Shown here piece after piece: positions 1 to 14,389 of a stretch of 64,000 nucleotides of DNA; the first letter of the stretch is position 1, and every line of letters begins with the position of its first letter. A model generated the notes under the pieces. It made no database searches and was not told the origin of the DNA. It saw nothing but the letters and a program-made list of their open reading frames with translations. Source of the DNA: Camelus ferus (lineage: Eukaryota); the NCBI RefSeq assembly GCF_009834535.1, contig NC_045696.1, forward strand, positions 56,298,001 through 56,362,000, written 5' to 3'. A program made the position numbers and the translations under genes.

Positions 1-2147
1 ATTATGTCAATTTTTTAAAAAAAGACTGCAAAATGATGTTATATTTATCATTAGGAAGTCACTAGATTCCTCTATAACTATGTGGAGTCAGAATTATGTA
101 TGTGAGGTCAGGTTGTAGAGCAACTTTGAATAGATAAAAGAATAATTAAGCTAAGGAAATCAGGGATTAGAGATAAGTAAGAGTATATTGAGAAGATATG
201 GGGATACTAGTTTATCTTGGGAGCAAAACAGAAATTGTCCTGACACCAATAGTGTCTTAGAGGAGCACTCTGAGGTCAGTATGATGATCATTTTAGAAGC
301 CAAGAGTTGGCACAGAGACAGGTATTCTTCTAAGTTAAGATTTGCATTGCTTGCTAATACAATGGAAAATTGAGCATAGTTTGGAATCTCTTTCATGGAA
401 AAAATAGTTAATTTGAGATAATCCTCACTGATATTTTGTACATTTGCAGGGACAATAGTAATCTATAGGATTTTGGGGAAGACACACTAAAATTTATCTC
501 CAAAGTGAATGAGTCAAAAGTTGTAAATTTTAGAGACTGGCTAAAGCTTCATCAAGAAATCTGATAGATTTTTTTTTTCTTTTGGAAAGTGGCTCAGGAC
601 CCAGTGAATCTGGGGACAAACTTCAGTGCTTTTGCCAGGTGCCCATTTAAAACACTGATCCTTGCCTTGAACTATAATGTTGTGGCTATAATGTATTGGC
701 ATTCAAATGACAGCTTAGGAAAAGAGGCCTCATTATGCTCCCTACGGAAACAATTTGTTCCCTGCCAAAATTAGGATTACCTTGCTTTAGGAAGAGGGTG
801 CATACGATGCTGACAGCCAAATGATGATTTACCAAAAATAACAAATTCCACTGTGGATGGCAAAGGAGCCTCATATAACCCAGAAGGGAGAGGGTATTAG
901 GAATGACCTTCCAGACAGTTGTTGAGGGACATGCTGAAAACTGTGCTGAAAGCAAAATAGTCATAGCTGGGCGTGGCACTACTTTAATGACCTGGCAAAT
1001 CTGAAACTACCTTGGTAAAGGTAAATCATTGGGTGGGGGTTTTAAGCCCTAAGTGTTAAGGCCTAGAGCAGGCATAGCAAAAATGAGGAACTTGATCACT
1101 ATTTATTCCATTTCTATATACATGGCAGACATGGATAACAGGTAACTCAGTCTCAGGGTCCTTCTCAATCTACACAGCACCTTAAGTAGGCACTGCCTAT
1201 CAGTGGGAATTGTCAGATCATTTGAAACCTGTTTCCTTGCCTATGGATTGCTCCCATATGATGCCTAGTCTGCTCTTAGATGAGAGGATAATGGTCCTGA
1301 AAAGCATTTGGCTGTGAGAGAAGCTCTCATCTCCCAAGATATTGGGCAGCACATCTAAGTGAACATCCACTCATGAGGATGTCCAGGAGCTTGGGGATCC
1401 ACCTGCCATTCAGCTGACCCCAGGAGATGGACTTCCATGCTTCATTACTCATGGCCCACTGCCCAAGAATACCTGCTCTGAGTAGACATCAGCTAAGTGA
1501 GCCTTTCCATAATGAAATGCTGGCATGGCCAGGCTGCCTAAAAGAATCTGTGGTTACTTGCTTCTTGGCCTTGGCTTAGGACTATTTATGCTGTTGGAAA
1601 ATACTTAGTTTTTGAGCTGATGAAATGTGACAGCACCTGTGAAAACTGTTTGAAAACTTTAAAAGCCGGTACTCAGGTAGGGAATATGGGTGAGGGTGAT
1701 TATTAGGAGATAACAAAACTTAAGCTCAGAATTTTTCCTTAGGCTTACAATTTCTTATTTAATTAGCTCTTTTTTTTAATAAGACTGGAATGGAATCTTT
1801 CCCTTTCTGGGAGGCAAAAATAATGAGATGTTTGCCTTGACTTTGCTATTATTGTGTATTTGTAACATCCCTAAATCCACCCCAGTGCGTCCTACACACT
1901 TGTCAGATTGATGTAACTCTCACACCACTGTCATCACTTAACCCAGCTGCTCAGGAACCTAAATTGATCCCTCTATCTGTTGTAGAAAATACAGGCTCTT
2001 CTTTCTTGCATTCAAAGTCCTCCTTCAACTACGCATGCTTTCCACTCACCCATAAGCCTCCACCATCCCTCCAATCTCACCTCTTCCTGCTTCACATTGT
2101 AGAAGCAGGTACTGTTACAGCTGGCAGTCATCAAAAAGATGGTGCTC

Positions 2148-2686
2148 CAAATATTCATAAAAGCACTACTTACAATTGTCAAGATAGAGAAACAACCTAA
2201 GTGTCCATCAACAGATGAATGGATAAAGATGTAGTATATATATACAATGGAATACTACTCAGACATAAAAAAGAATGAAATGCCATTTGCAGCAACATGG
2301 ATGGACTTGGAGGGTATTATGCTAAGTGAAATAAGTCAGACAGAGAAAGACAAATACTGTATGATATCACTTATATGTGGAATCTAAAAAATACAACAAA
2401 CTAGTGAATGTAACAAGAAAGAAGCAGACTCACAGATACAGAAAACAAATTAGTGGTTACCAGTGAGGAATGGGAAGGGGGAGAGGTGCTATAAAGATAG
2501 GGGATTAAGAGGTACAAACTATTATGTATAAATAAGCTACAAGGATATATTGTACAACGCAGGGAATATAGCCAATATTTTATAACTATAAATGGAGTTT
2601 AACTTTTAAAAATTGTGAATCACTATATTGTATACCTGTAACATATGATATTGTACATGAACTATACTTCAATAATTTAAAAAAAA
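2148..2686 (+). mobile_element. 5'-truncated LINE-1 (end of ORF2, 3' UTR, poly-A) with 15-bp TSD
   Basis: L1 3' motifs (aagtgtccatcaacagatgaatggataaag, gcaacatggatggac). TSD aaaaagatggt(g/t)ctc at 2133-2147 and 2682-2696. Confidence 0.9.
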
Positions 2687-2699
2687 GATGGTTCTCATC

Positions 2700-2770
2700 C
2701 AATCTTTGTACTTCATAGTTGGGGAAACTGAAGCCCAGAGCGGTGAAGTGACATTCCCAAGGCCACACAC
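2700..2770 (-). mobile_element. MIR SINE fragment
   Basis: MIR core-like ggggaaactgaagcccagagcggtgaagtgacattcccaaggccacac. Confidence 0.65.
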
Positions 2771-5334
2771 GGCCCTTCCACTGTGGCCAAGACAACATGC
2801 TTTCCATTCCCTACACAACTTGTTCCTCTGGTCCCAAGCACTGGGACAGGATGGGTAGAACTGGTACCCAGGGAACAGCCTGGCAAGGGATAAATGATGC
2901 ATAAAGCAATATTGAGAATTAAAAACCCAATGTGCTTGCAACATACTGTGTTTGCAACAAATGTCCTTTATGTAGAATTTGTGACCCTCTCAATAGGGAA
3001 TTAACTAAAGCTGGGAATTAATCTGCAAACTTTTGTTTTACTGGCTTTGCAAGGAATACTTGGACAATTGTCTTCTATCTAAATAGAATGAATTATTGAG
3101 GGCTAGAAATGTTTAAAGGTATGACAGGGTTTCCCCGGGGAATGGCCCATTGGGTTATTATTAGTTGCCAAGGTTTTCCTCTGAACTGAAGTTAACAAGG
3201 TCATTTGAAGGGTAATCATACTGAGGAACTTCTGTACAATGACCCCGTTACAACTTGCCCAACTAGAAGCTAGGAAACCACACCTTCTTTAGAAAGTTTA
3301 TGTGGTAGTCAGTGGGAGGTGGTTAGTGATTTAAACCTTACTGATTATCATGAATGGCAGGAAGATGAAAAAAGTGAAGGAAAAGCCTTGATTATATGAA
3401 AATTGTTCAAGAAAATCAAAGGAAGTCTTGTAAATGTTCAAATACATAATGTAATTCAAAATGAGACTGATCAACTTTCTACATCTGCTTTGATGCGTAG
3501 ATAAGGATACTTATAATTCAGGTATTAAGTATTTAAATATAAATTACTCCTTATAAAATGAGGGTTTTTTAAAAATAAGTTTTCTTTATTATTTAGAGCA
3601 TCACCCTGGAACTTAAAAAAACTAAAAATCTCTCATCATCATTTTTAGATATACACAGACTATAGAACTTATTCAGATTATTACAAATTCCAAATAATTG
3701 GAGCCTGAATTAATGAAGTTTCAATATGTCTACAAGTGGGTGAGGCATTAGTCTGAGTGCCCTGGTCAAGACTGAGTGCTTTTCATACTTTACCACTAAA
3801 AAAAAAAAAAACAAAAAAAACAAAAAAACTATTCCAATAAGATCTGCTCACAACAAAGCTCAAAGGAGCAAACTCTGTCCTCTACTCCACAAAATGGAAA
3901 ATGGTTGTTTGTTTTAATACAAAAATGCACCCCCAACTTCTGCACATAGGCGCGCACACACACACAGACATAAGCCCTCGTGACTGACTCCTCAGGAAGA
4001 TGCTTCATTTTGTCCATAGCTTCCTTCTTTCCTGGCACATGGCAGAGGTACACCAAGAGCCCTCCATACCCAGGGTGAGAAGCAGGGTGTGCTTAATCTA
4101 TGTTTAGGAAAAACTTTACAAGTCATATCATCTAATTTGAGTGGGGAAAAGTGGTCACACTTTGCATAAGCAAAAGCTCGCTGAACGTTTATTAACTGGA
4201 ATATTGTTGACTATTGAAATGAGAACTCTTTGTAGCTGAAAAGGTCTACAGAAATACATTAATAATATAAAGATCAGTATTAGCCAGTCAGCCCTTTGGT
4301 ATGTAACTCTTTAAAGCCCATGACTCATGAACAACAGCAAGCTGTGCTTTTACCGCTTCTTCACTTATGTGGGCTTCAGTTTCTTCTCTCTGTTTAGTCT
4401 AACCTCTGTAGGTGAACACTGTTCCCTTGCTTGAGATCAGAATAACTTTACCTCTTTTCAGTTTTTTATTACCATCACAGCACTTCTCAAAGAGCAAGGC
4501 GTGAGGGCTGACCTTCCCGATTTTTGCTTCTTACTCCAAGAATAATTTGAAAATCCTTTTTGGCTTGGCTTTGGCATTACGGGTGTGCCGTGATCCATTC
4601 CTGGGTTTGTCTTCCTGACACACCAGATGCAGAATCGTGAAGTTCTGTCTTTCTTCTCCTGGGTTAAATGCACGTCCAACAGGCCTCAGATCCTCTGCTT
4701 TTGCCATGCCTCCAGCCTTTCACAGATGGAGCCCTAGGTAACCTTCACCTGCAGGCCCCAGCCTGCCTGAGCCATGAGTCAGTTCTCCCTAAGGCCGGAA
4801 GAGTATCACCAGTCTCAGCCCCAACCGTCTGAAATTCGGCTTGCTGCCCACAGAGTGCTAGCAGTGAAGAATCAGGGCCTGTGAGGCTTTGGAGTAACAG
4901 CATCTCTAATCTGTGTTGGTCCCAGGGTACAGGAGAAAGAGCAGTGGCTAAGGAGCCAGGTGAACCTGAAATGTTAGAGTTAGTCTCCCTCTTCTGACCC
5001 TTAGCTGTGTGACCTTGGGCTAGTCACTGAACCTCCCTGAACCATCTGCTTCTTTTCCATATAGAGGAGGTCATCTTTAATTACTAGCCCCTACAGGGGC
5101 TCTTGCTAGTAACTATATTTAGTTTTTCTATTATACTATTTAACAATTCAATACAAATAAAGGCTTCTTTTTAAATTTTGTATCTCAAATTATCTTTGCC
5201 TGATAGGATGATGGAAACTTTACCTATTTACCATATAAAATCAATATTTAAACCCTTAAACCATACCTTTAAACCATAAAGATATCGAAGGGCTATATAA
5301 CAATAACAACAACAACAATAATAATAATATTGAT

Positions 5335-5515
5335 AATATTTAGTGAGGGCTAATTGTGTGGTAGGTACTGACCTAGGCACTTGACATGGACTATTGTATT
5401 TAATCTTTACAACAATCTTAGAAGTAGACACTATTATTATTGTCATTGTATAGATGAAGAAACTGAGGCATGAAGATCTTAGGCAACATGATCAGCACAG
5501 CTAGGATACAGCAGA
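5335..5515 (-). mobile_element. MIR SINE
   Basis: tagatgaagaaactgaggcatg core preceded by tttaatctttacaacaat. Confidence 0.75.
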
Positions 5516-5619
5516 GATTTGGAGAGAAAGTTATTAGTTAAACCAAGAGGTTATTATTTTTATACTTCAAGCAGTTTAAGTCACTCCAGATAATAATAAG
5601 TAAATGTATTGGCTGTTGT

Positions 5620-5975
5620 CACATTTGTTTGTTGAATACCTGCTGGGTACAAAGCAACGACTAGAGATGTGAACTATGGAGCATTATAAAAGGAGGAACA
5701 TATGGTCCCTGCCCTCAAGAAAATCAGAAGCTAGTAGGGGAGCTGACTGAGAAATAGTGAACTCCCATACAACTAAAATACAGTAAGTGCTTTAATAGTG
5801 CTACAAGCTAAGAGCCACTGAGCTCAGAGCTGATAGCAACATATTTCAGTCATATCCAGAAAGCTTGATTACAAAATTTATCTTTGAGTGTTGATGGACA
5901 AGGAGAATTTTGAGAGTGAGAGAAGTGAGAGAAAGACATTCCGGGCAAAGGAACCACATGGGAAAATACACTGAG
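5620..5975 (-). mobile_element. L2 LINE 3' fragment
   Basis: atttgtttgttgaatacctgctggg...tggtccctgccctcaag...ctagtagggga, typical of a reversed L2 3' end. Confidence 0.65.
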
Positions 5976-6899
5976 TCACTGTTGACTCACTAACCTCAGT
6001 GCAGGGCTTGTTCCTGGAATAGCAGGGAGTTTAGGGTTTCTAAGCCTTAGGGTATCTGTGAGGAAGTCCTCATTTGATAGATGATAGTAGAAAGGTGGAA
6101 CCATAAAATCTTGGAGTCGAAGGGTCCCCTAAGGTCATCTAATCCAATAAATCATCCAATGCCTAAATCTCTTCCAAAAGCCTCCTGCCAAGTGGTCATA
6201 AAATTTAGGCTAACATATTCCTAGCAAAAGATACATTTTTTTCTCCTAAGGCAGCTGATCTCATCACTACCTGCAATTATACTTCTCAGTTGTTTGTTTG
6301 TTTATTACTCATGTATTGTCTTTCAGACTAGAACTCAAGTTCCATCAGGGTAGGGATTGTCTGGCCTATCAGTGCCTAGCAAAGAGCAGGCATACAATAA
6401 ATATTTGTTGAAATGAACACATTCAATTTCAGGACAACTCTGACACTCAGAGTTCTTAGGTGATTTCCACAAGGTGGTCTTTTATATATATGAAAACAAT
6501 TATAATAACTCCCTTGTATTTTCTCCAAGTTAAGTATCTCCAGTTGGTTAGCATTTCCTCATGAGATACAACTTTCGGGCCCTTCACTATCCTGGTTATC
6601 TTCTCAAATAAACTCCACTTTATTTCTTTTAATGTGTTGTTCTAAAAATAGAAGGCAATAGTCCAACTTTGTGATACCCTCCAACTAGATAGGTCCAATC
6701 ACCTCTCTTGTTCTAGGACCTACAGTGTGACCCAGTTGGCACTAACTTTGTTGAGGTCCACTTCATACTGTGGACTCATGTTTCTATCCATCCTCCCTAC
6801 TCACTCTACCCTCCTCTGTGTTCTATGGCTTACTCACATCAATCCTGTCTTAACTTGTGCAGATAGATTTTGAAAATCAAGCCCAACACCTTACATTTA

Positions 6900-7930
6900 G
6901 CAGGCTATTACAATAATCCAGGACCAGAGACACAAGGTAGTAAACTAATGCAGTGTAGCCAGAAAGGAAGAAATATATGAGAAAAAGAGAAACACGTTTG
7001 AGGCATTATCAACGGAACTTGCAACCCACTGATTTAGTGACTGCTAGCACATGTTCTCAGTGGATGCCTCACCCTACAGACTACTTATGAACTAGGAATT
7101 AATTCCCAGCTTCTCCCCACCTCACTGTCCCTGAAGAAAGCATACTACTCCTTATAAGTCTTTAATATTTTTCCTAGTTATTATATAGAAGCACGTTGGG
7201 AAAAGTCAAAGGCAGCAAGATTTCTAGCCTAGACAACTAAGAGAATGATGGTCTCAGTAAAAGAGTTAGTCAAATTCAGGGGCAGACTTTAAGGTAATAA
7301 TGAAGCACTTGGTTTGGGGCATGTTGAATTTGAAGGCCTGATGATATCTAGAAGCAGATAGACATTTTGTAACACTTTGACTTTAGAGCACAAAGCTAAA
7401 ATGCAGGTTTGTTAGTCATTAACAGAGATGCCAGAAGCTTTACCCAGAGAATAAGAATGCTGAAGATCATCTAGACCAAAAAAAAAAAAAAAAAAACAAA
7501 AAAACAAAAAAACCCTAAAAAAAACCCAAACAAACAAAAAACAAAACAAAACAAACAAACAAAAACCCTTGGATAAGAACAAAATCTTTAACAACAGCCA
7601 TATATAATCAGTATTTGGAGAAGGAGTCTCCTAGAGAGAGAGCAGTGCTCAGAAAGTATGAGGAGAACTCGATGGCTTTAGAGTTGGGTCAGCCAAAGCT
7701 GGACACAGTTACAGAAAGTAGAAGATAAAGGAGTCACATCAAATGCAGCAGAAAGCTCCTGGAGAACAAAAGCTCTTAAGATGTAACTGAGTTTATCAAT
7801 GAGGAGGTGTTTGATACCCTTGGAGAAAATAATTCCAGTGAAGTTGGACCCACGGTGCAAGTAGCTAAGAAATAAGGATTAAAATTGTAGCAATGAAGTC
7901 AAAGCAGTAAACACAGACTGCTATTCTGAG
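6900..7930 (-). mobile_element. Degraded L2 LINE fragments interrupted by an A-rich tract (about 7477-7566)
   Basis: Reverse L2-like motifs (ggctattacaataatccagg, ggtttggggcatgttgaatttgaagg, tcaaatgcagcaga). Confidence 0.55.
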
Positions 7931-8971
7931 AAGCCATTGTACAATACATGCAAAGTAAAAAGAAACAAATCTGTATAAGATTCATATGACTTACATGTTC
8001 TAAAACATAATATAAGTTTAATTACCATTTCACTGTAATTTCTAACTGACTCTAGAATTAGGCACTTGATAGGTCTATGACTGTACCAGGTATTCAACAG
8101 ATCTCACTATATGAAAGAGAAAAATGGTAATAGATTGTTATGGATAGATTTCATTGAACCTTTTTAGGTTTCATAAGATTATTGAAATTTATGGACTGTT
8201 CTGCTCAATTGTGTACTCCTAGTTATTACTTCAGCACTCAATGCAAAAGAAACTTTTCAGCACTTAGAGCTTTATGGTCACAGGAAATGCTTTAAACTTG
8301 CAATTTACACATATATGTTTATTGAAGAATGATAGGGTGCTCAATAAAGGACTTCCAAGCAGAGAAATATGTTACACTAGGTTAAAATCTCTGGGGGAAA
8401 TGAGATGGAAAAATGTCATGTAAAATTTTCAATTGTGAAAGGAGAGCTTGGTATAAACTTTCAAAATGGATGAGTATCAAGATACCCTGGCATTTAGATA
8501 TCATTGGTAAAACTTAAAAGCAATGAAATAGATTTATTTATAATATGCTGGAAACTATATCCTTTTGAGCCCTTTAAACTTATTGTGAAACATTTAAATG
8601 TCAATTTAAAAAATATATTAGAAAGAACACAACTTTTCAACATTCTTTTAGAGGTTACTGCCTACACTATGACCTAAGAGGCTTACCTTACTCTCCACGG
8701 CTGAGAGAAATCATTTTGTTTCTGGTTTTCAAAAAGTAGACACACACAACATATCCCCAGGGTTTGAGATCCTCTTCCTCTCACCTCACATCCTCTTCTT
8801 TGCCCTTTAGGGATGTATCTTTGGCTCCAAGTCCTATATGCTTATACATTACCTTTTTCAGTCCCCCATCCCACACACACTTTCTTCTGAACTTGTAATT
8901 TTCCTTCAACATTGCTGAGTTGTTCCAGTTATTAGGAGACAACTGGCTTCTTCCTTCATCCTTTGCTCCAG

Positions 8972-9160
8972 CATTAATTCTCAAACTTTAACATGTATCA
9001 GAATTACCTGGAGGGCTTGTTAAAACACGGATTACTGGGTCCCACCTCCAGAGTTTCTGATCTGGAATGTCTGGAGTAAGGCCTGAAAATGTGCATTTCT
9101 AATAAATTCCCAGGTATTGCTGATGTTGCTGGGCTAAGGACTTCAGTTTGAGAACCACTA
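8972..9160. mobile_element. MER5A-like hAT-Charlie MITE
   Basis: Inverted ends ttctcaaact / agtttgagaaccact; internal tgcatttctaataaattcccaggt. Confidence 0.85.
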
Positions 9161-10099
9161 CTCTCAGCTAATGTCTGCTCTGCCCCTCAGAGGTCATGTG
9201 GCCTAAATGGCAGGTACCATATGTAGAAGCTAAGAGTGGCATCAAAAGAGATATACCAGGCAGAAGCATTTGAGCTTTCTCAAACAGATTTCTCATACAA
9301 TCTAAAAATTCTTCAGGATTGGATTGATTTAGAGCAGAGTTCAAACAAAAAGGGCCACAAATAGAGAAATATTGACAAAGTTTCACAGTACTCACCCCAA
9401 AATAAAGAAACTTACATTCATGTTGGATCTTCTATATGCCAGGCATTCTCCCAGGCAGGGTCTCACATGTTAACTCATTTAATTCTTGTGATCTAAGTTT
9501 TACTATTATTATTTATTAATTATAATAATACTACATTATTATACATTATATCTAAATAGTAAATAATATTTATTATGTGTTCTCTTTACCCATAAGAAAG
9601 TTGAAGATCAGAAAGGGTAAATCTATTGCAAATTGTCCTTTAAACTATTTACTAATTTCAGGTGACCATACAGAGGGATGAAAAAAAATCATCAATTTAT
9701 CAACCTGCTACTACAGGCAAATAAATACTTCAAAAAAATCGTAGGAAATCATTTAAAGAATCAATAATGAGAACAGGCAGATTTTACTAAACAATAAACA
9801 GTTGGTCCCATTTGGTTCATTCATCAACAACAAAGAATAGAAAAGAATCTGGAATCTCGTTCCACCTAGTACTGGTCATTGATTTTTAAAAGAAGCATTT
9901 GCTTCCATCAACCATAACTCAGTTCTTTCAGCATTACCAGAAAAAAGAAGCCGCCAATAATAATATATGATTCAAAATTTCATACATTATAAGCTACAAA
10001 ATAACCCTAGATCACAGAACATTCTCATATCCTAGAGAATGAGCTGATGAAGACTAAAAATTAGGGAATGTTTATTATTGTATTGAGAAATTGCACAGG

Positions 10100-10156
10100 G
10101 GTGTGTGTGTGTGTGTGTTTGTGTGTCTGTGTCTGTGTCTGTGTCTGTGTAGTGTG
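10100..10156. repeat. (GT)n / (GTGTCT)n compound microsatellite
   Basis: Direct reading. Confidence 0.9.
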
Positions 10157-10189
10157 TTCTCATATTGTTATTATTCTCAATGTCTGGAA

Positions 10190-11920
10190 TCCAATAAAAA
10201 GTTACCAGGCATAAAAAGAGAAGGATATTTTAACCCATTGTGAAAAGACATATCAATCCATCAAAACCAACCCAGGGTTGACATATATTTTAGAATCATT
10301 GGATAAAGATATTAAAATGATGTTCCATAGATTCAAAAACTTAAATTGAGACACGAAAGTTGTAAAAGAGAATCTTATCAAAATTTTAAAGATCAAATGT
10401 ACAAGTATGTGAGATGAAAACTACCATAGATGTGATTAACAACTCATTACACACTGCAGAAGAAAAGATGAATGAACCTGAAGACAGCTATAGAAGCTAC
10501 CCAAAATAAAACAAAGAGAGAAAAGTGAATTGAAAAAAAAAATATGATGGAGCATCAGTGAGCTGTGGAAAAACTTAAGCAGTAATTGGACTTACTGAAA
10601 GAGGGAGGGTGGACAAAAAAATATTTGAAGAAATAATGGACAAAATTTTGATGAAACTGCATTGTAAACAGCACTGCTATGAACACTGGGCTGCATGTAT
10701 TGCTTTGAATTAGAGTTCCCTCCGTATATATGCCCAGAAGTGGGATTGCTAGATCATATCGTAAGTCTATTTTTAACTTTTTGAGGAATATCCATATTAT
10801 TTTCCATAATGGCTGCACCAAACTATGTTCCCACCAAAAGTGTAGGAGAGCTCCCTTTTCTCCACACCCTCTCCAGCATTTATCATTCATGTACTTTTGA
10901 ATGATGACCATTCTGATTGGTGTGTGGTGATACCTCATTGTAGTTTTGGTTTACATTTCTCTGCTAACTATTGATATTGAGCATTTTTTCATGTGCCTAT
11001 TGGCCATTTGTATGTCTTCATCGGAGAATTGTTTGTTTAGGTTTTCTGCCAATTCATTTTTGGATTGGGTCATTTGGGTTTTTTTTTTTTTTGTTGTTGT
11101 TAATGCTATTAAGTTCTCTGAGCTGTTTGTATATCCTGGAGATTAAGCCATTATCAGTTTCACTGTTTGCAAATATTTTTTCCCATTCCATAGGTTGTCA
11201 TTTTGTTTTGCTTATAGTTTCCTTTTCTGTGCAAAACCTTAAGTTTAATTAGGTACCCCCCCCCCCTTTTTTTGCTTTTATTTCTATTGCCTTGGTAGAC
11301 CACCCCAGGAGAACATTGCTAAGATTTATGTCAGAGAATATTTTGCCTACATTTTCTTCCAGGAGGTTTATAGTGTATTGTCTTATGTTTAAATCATTAA
11401 GCCATTCTAAATTTATTTTTGTGTGTAGTGTGAGGGAGTATTCTAACTTCACTGATTTACATGCTGCTATCCAGTTTTCCCAACACCACTTGCTGAAGAG
11501 ACTGTCTTTTCTCCATTGTATATTCTTGCCTCCTTTGTCTGAAGTCTGATGAAAACTGTAAACCCCTACTCCAAAAAGTTTAGCAAACCCTAAGCACAAG
11601 ACACATGAAGAAAACTACATGAAGACACATAATAAATTGTTCAAAACAAGTGATAAGGGTAAAAGCTTAAAAGAAGTCAGACATGTTATGCACAGAGAAA
11701 CAAAGACAGGAAGGAATGACAGGAAATTTCTGTTGGAAACAATATAAGTGAAAGGACAGTGTAACAACATCTTTAAGGTCCTGAAAGAGAAAAAAATAAC
11801 TGTCAATCTAGAATTTTATATCAGGGAAAATATCTTTCAAAAAGGTGGAATAAAGAATTTTTCAGACATACAAAAGCTGAAAGTTGAAAGAATTTATCAT
11901 CAGTACACCTTTGCTATACA
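10190..11920 (+). mobile_element. Old L1 (L1M-type) 5'/ORF1 remnant, split by a younger antisense L1 insert
   Basis: ORF1-like remnants (aaaatatttgaagaaataatgg; aacaacatctttaaggtcctgaaaga; LKEKKITVNLEFYIRENIFQK). Confidence 0.7.
10660..11545 (-). mobile_element. Younger L1 ORF2 C-terminal fragment without 3' UTR or poly-A
   Basis: ORFs 11249..11599 (KDSLFSKWCWENW) and 10555..10938 (MRYHHTPIRM...[10 protein letters not shown]) are L1 ORF2 C-terminal sequence. Confidence 0.92.
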
Positions 11921-12237
11921 AAATCAGGAGATTTTTATTTCTACCTTTCCAATCCAGATGCCTTTTATTTCTTTTTATTGTCTTATTGCATTGGCTAGAA
12001 GCACTAGTACAATTCTGAACACAGTATGGACATCCTTGTCTCATTCCTGATCTTAAAGGGAAAAGGCATCTTTGTTAATGGTCATTTTATTAAACTCTTT
12101 AATCATCCATTTAGAACATACCATCTATTTCCTATCAGGACCATATCAGTTTTTTCCCTAGGTAGAAGGCAAATAAGAATCAGAGGGTAGAAATTACAGA
12201 GGACAGCAAGCAACTTGACATTTAAAAAAAAAAGCAA

Positions 12238-12314
12238 ATGCTGTACATCAGAAATTGACATCATAAACCAACTATACTTCAATTAAAAAAAAATTAAAAA
12301 TTAACAAAAAACCC
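12238..12314 (+). mobile_element. Extremely 5'-truncated L1 stub (about 45-nt body plus A-rich tail)
   Basis: atgctgtacatcagaaattgac...atacttcaattaaaa matches the last bases of the L1 at 47354-47410; possible TSD aaagcaaa. Confidence 0.7.
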
Positions 12315-12699
12315 AAAGCAAAACAAAAACAAAAACTGCTTTCTAACAGTGAGAACCATTAAGAAATGAAAATGGTTGCCTTGGGAGAAAGTGCCTTTCT
12401 AGAAGTTTCAGAAAACACATGCTATGAAGAGTGTGGCAGTGATTTTAATCCTTTATGGGAGAAGAAACTAGTTGACCTCTTCAGTTTTCTTATGACTGTG
12501 ATGATTCTTTGATAATTTGAGGCTGTGAGATGTTCAAAAAAGGGAAATTATAAGCAAACTAGGTATTTGAAAGCTTACATACAGTGTTACATTCAGGCAA
12601 TCCAATATACCACTATTTTTTTTCAAGCTTTTAAAAATACAGTTTATTAAACCCATAATTTTCTGTAATTTTGTTTCTCAATTTATTACCCAGGTTCCA

Positions 12700-12930
12700 T
12701 CTTTTTTTTTAGACTTCATTTTTTTAGAGCAGTCTTAGGTTGACAGAATTGAGAGGAAGGTAGACATTTTCCATATACTCCCTACCCCAACACACGCATA
12801 GTCTCCAAATTATTAACATCCCCTACAAGAGTAGTCCATTTGTTACAACTGATGAACATACACTGACACATCATAATAACCAAAGTCCATAGTTTACATT
12901 AGGGTTCACTTGTTATACCTTCTATGAGTT
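12700..12930 (-). mobile_element. Old L1 (L1MB-like) 3' UTR fragment
   Basis: Poly-T followed by atttgttacaactgatgaac...ccaaagtccatagtttacattagggttcact. Confidence 0.75.
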
Positions 12931-14389
12931 TGTAAATACCACTACTTTTTGCAGAAATATGTTCAAATTATGTTTTAAATGCCCCCTTGAAATCATTCTC
13001 AGGGAATCTTTAGTAGTCAATTCATTGTAAACCCCAACACTTCATGGCTCAATAAAGAAGTTCCATTGTACAGAAGTATTTGTACCTGGTAGGATTCACG
13101 AAGCTGGCTAGAAGAAATTCAGACTGTCAGAAGAAATTCCTGATTGGATGAGACCATAAGAAAAGATGGTGCTGAGTGATCTGTTGGTGCTGGACTCTGG
13201 GGTGTGTTTGTTTGTTTGCTTTGGTAGGTGTCTCTCTAACCTCATGGGGTCAGTGGAAAGATAAAAAAGGCCTCTTCTCTTGCTGATTATACCACCAGGA
13301 AGCCTCAGGTAGTTGAAATGAAAATGCTTCAAAATACAGGAACAGATACATTGCCAGAGAGAAAACAGGACAGACAACTAATTAAGAGCTGAGCACCGGA
13401 AGAAAGGCCAACAAAACAGCCCTGGAAACCAAATTAGTGAGGTGAACGAGGACTGCAAAGGATTGTAGTGAGTGTCAAACTTAGATCTGGGTTGACATCC
13501 CAGATAATTTGGCAACAATTAACAATGCATGAAATTTAGGTAGATTGGGACTCCATTTGTACCTAATTGTTCATATTTTATGAATTAACACATATGCAAA
13601 GATGTATAAAGAAAAGTCAATATACTCTTTTACCTAATCACTGTAACCAAGTCTGGTACCCAGAGGCAACTTTTGTTACCAGTTTGTGGTGTCTCTTTTC
13701 ACAGATAATCTATGAACATACAAGCTGGGAGGTGGGGGAGGTATAATTGTAGCACAAAGGAAATACTGTTCAGTATCTCACATTTATCTTTTAACAATAC
13801 ATCTTTGAGACATTTTCTATTTGTACAAAGTGTTCTATTTCATTTTTTAAAAACAGCAGCATAGTTTTTCATTGTGTGGAAGTACAATTATTTATTTGAC
13901 CAGTCCAAAAATGATGAATATTTAGGTTGTTTCTAGTCTTTTGCTAGCATTTTTCTGCTGCTTTTAAAAAGTATGCACCTTAGTGGTGACTTTTAATGAA
14001 AATGCTCAATAAACATATCAGGAACTTAAGAAATAACACTTCATACTTAACAAATTATCTAAAATAAAAGGTTTTAGACTCCGAGGTGAAACTGTATGTA
14101 CAACAAACTCAAAAACAGCTTCTACACTCACAAAGCTCACAGACTAGTTGAGGATACAGGCAATTCCAATACTGTGTGGCAGGCATATGGGAAGGGAACA
14201 TGTTGTGAAGAATGTCTGACTCAAATATTTGATTTTTACATTACAGAAGCTACATAAATGTTCTAGGTGTTGGTTTGAGGTTCAGTTTCTTCTCATGTGA
14301 ACTATTTAGTCATAGCCATTGTCTGCTTGCCCATGGAAGCTAAGTATTTATTACATATGTGAATATCTGTATTTTTCAATATATAAACC

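Noticed and set aside
4461..4737. Possible plus-strand lncRNA exon (cttttcAG ... ctag|GTAACC)
   Set aside because: Splice-like motifs alone are common; no transcript evidence is available from sequence.
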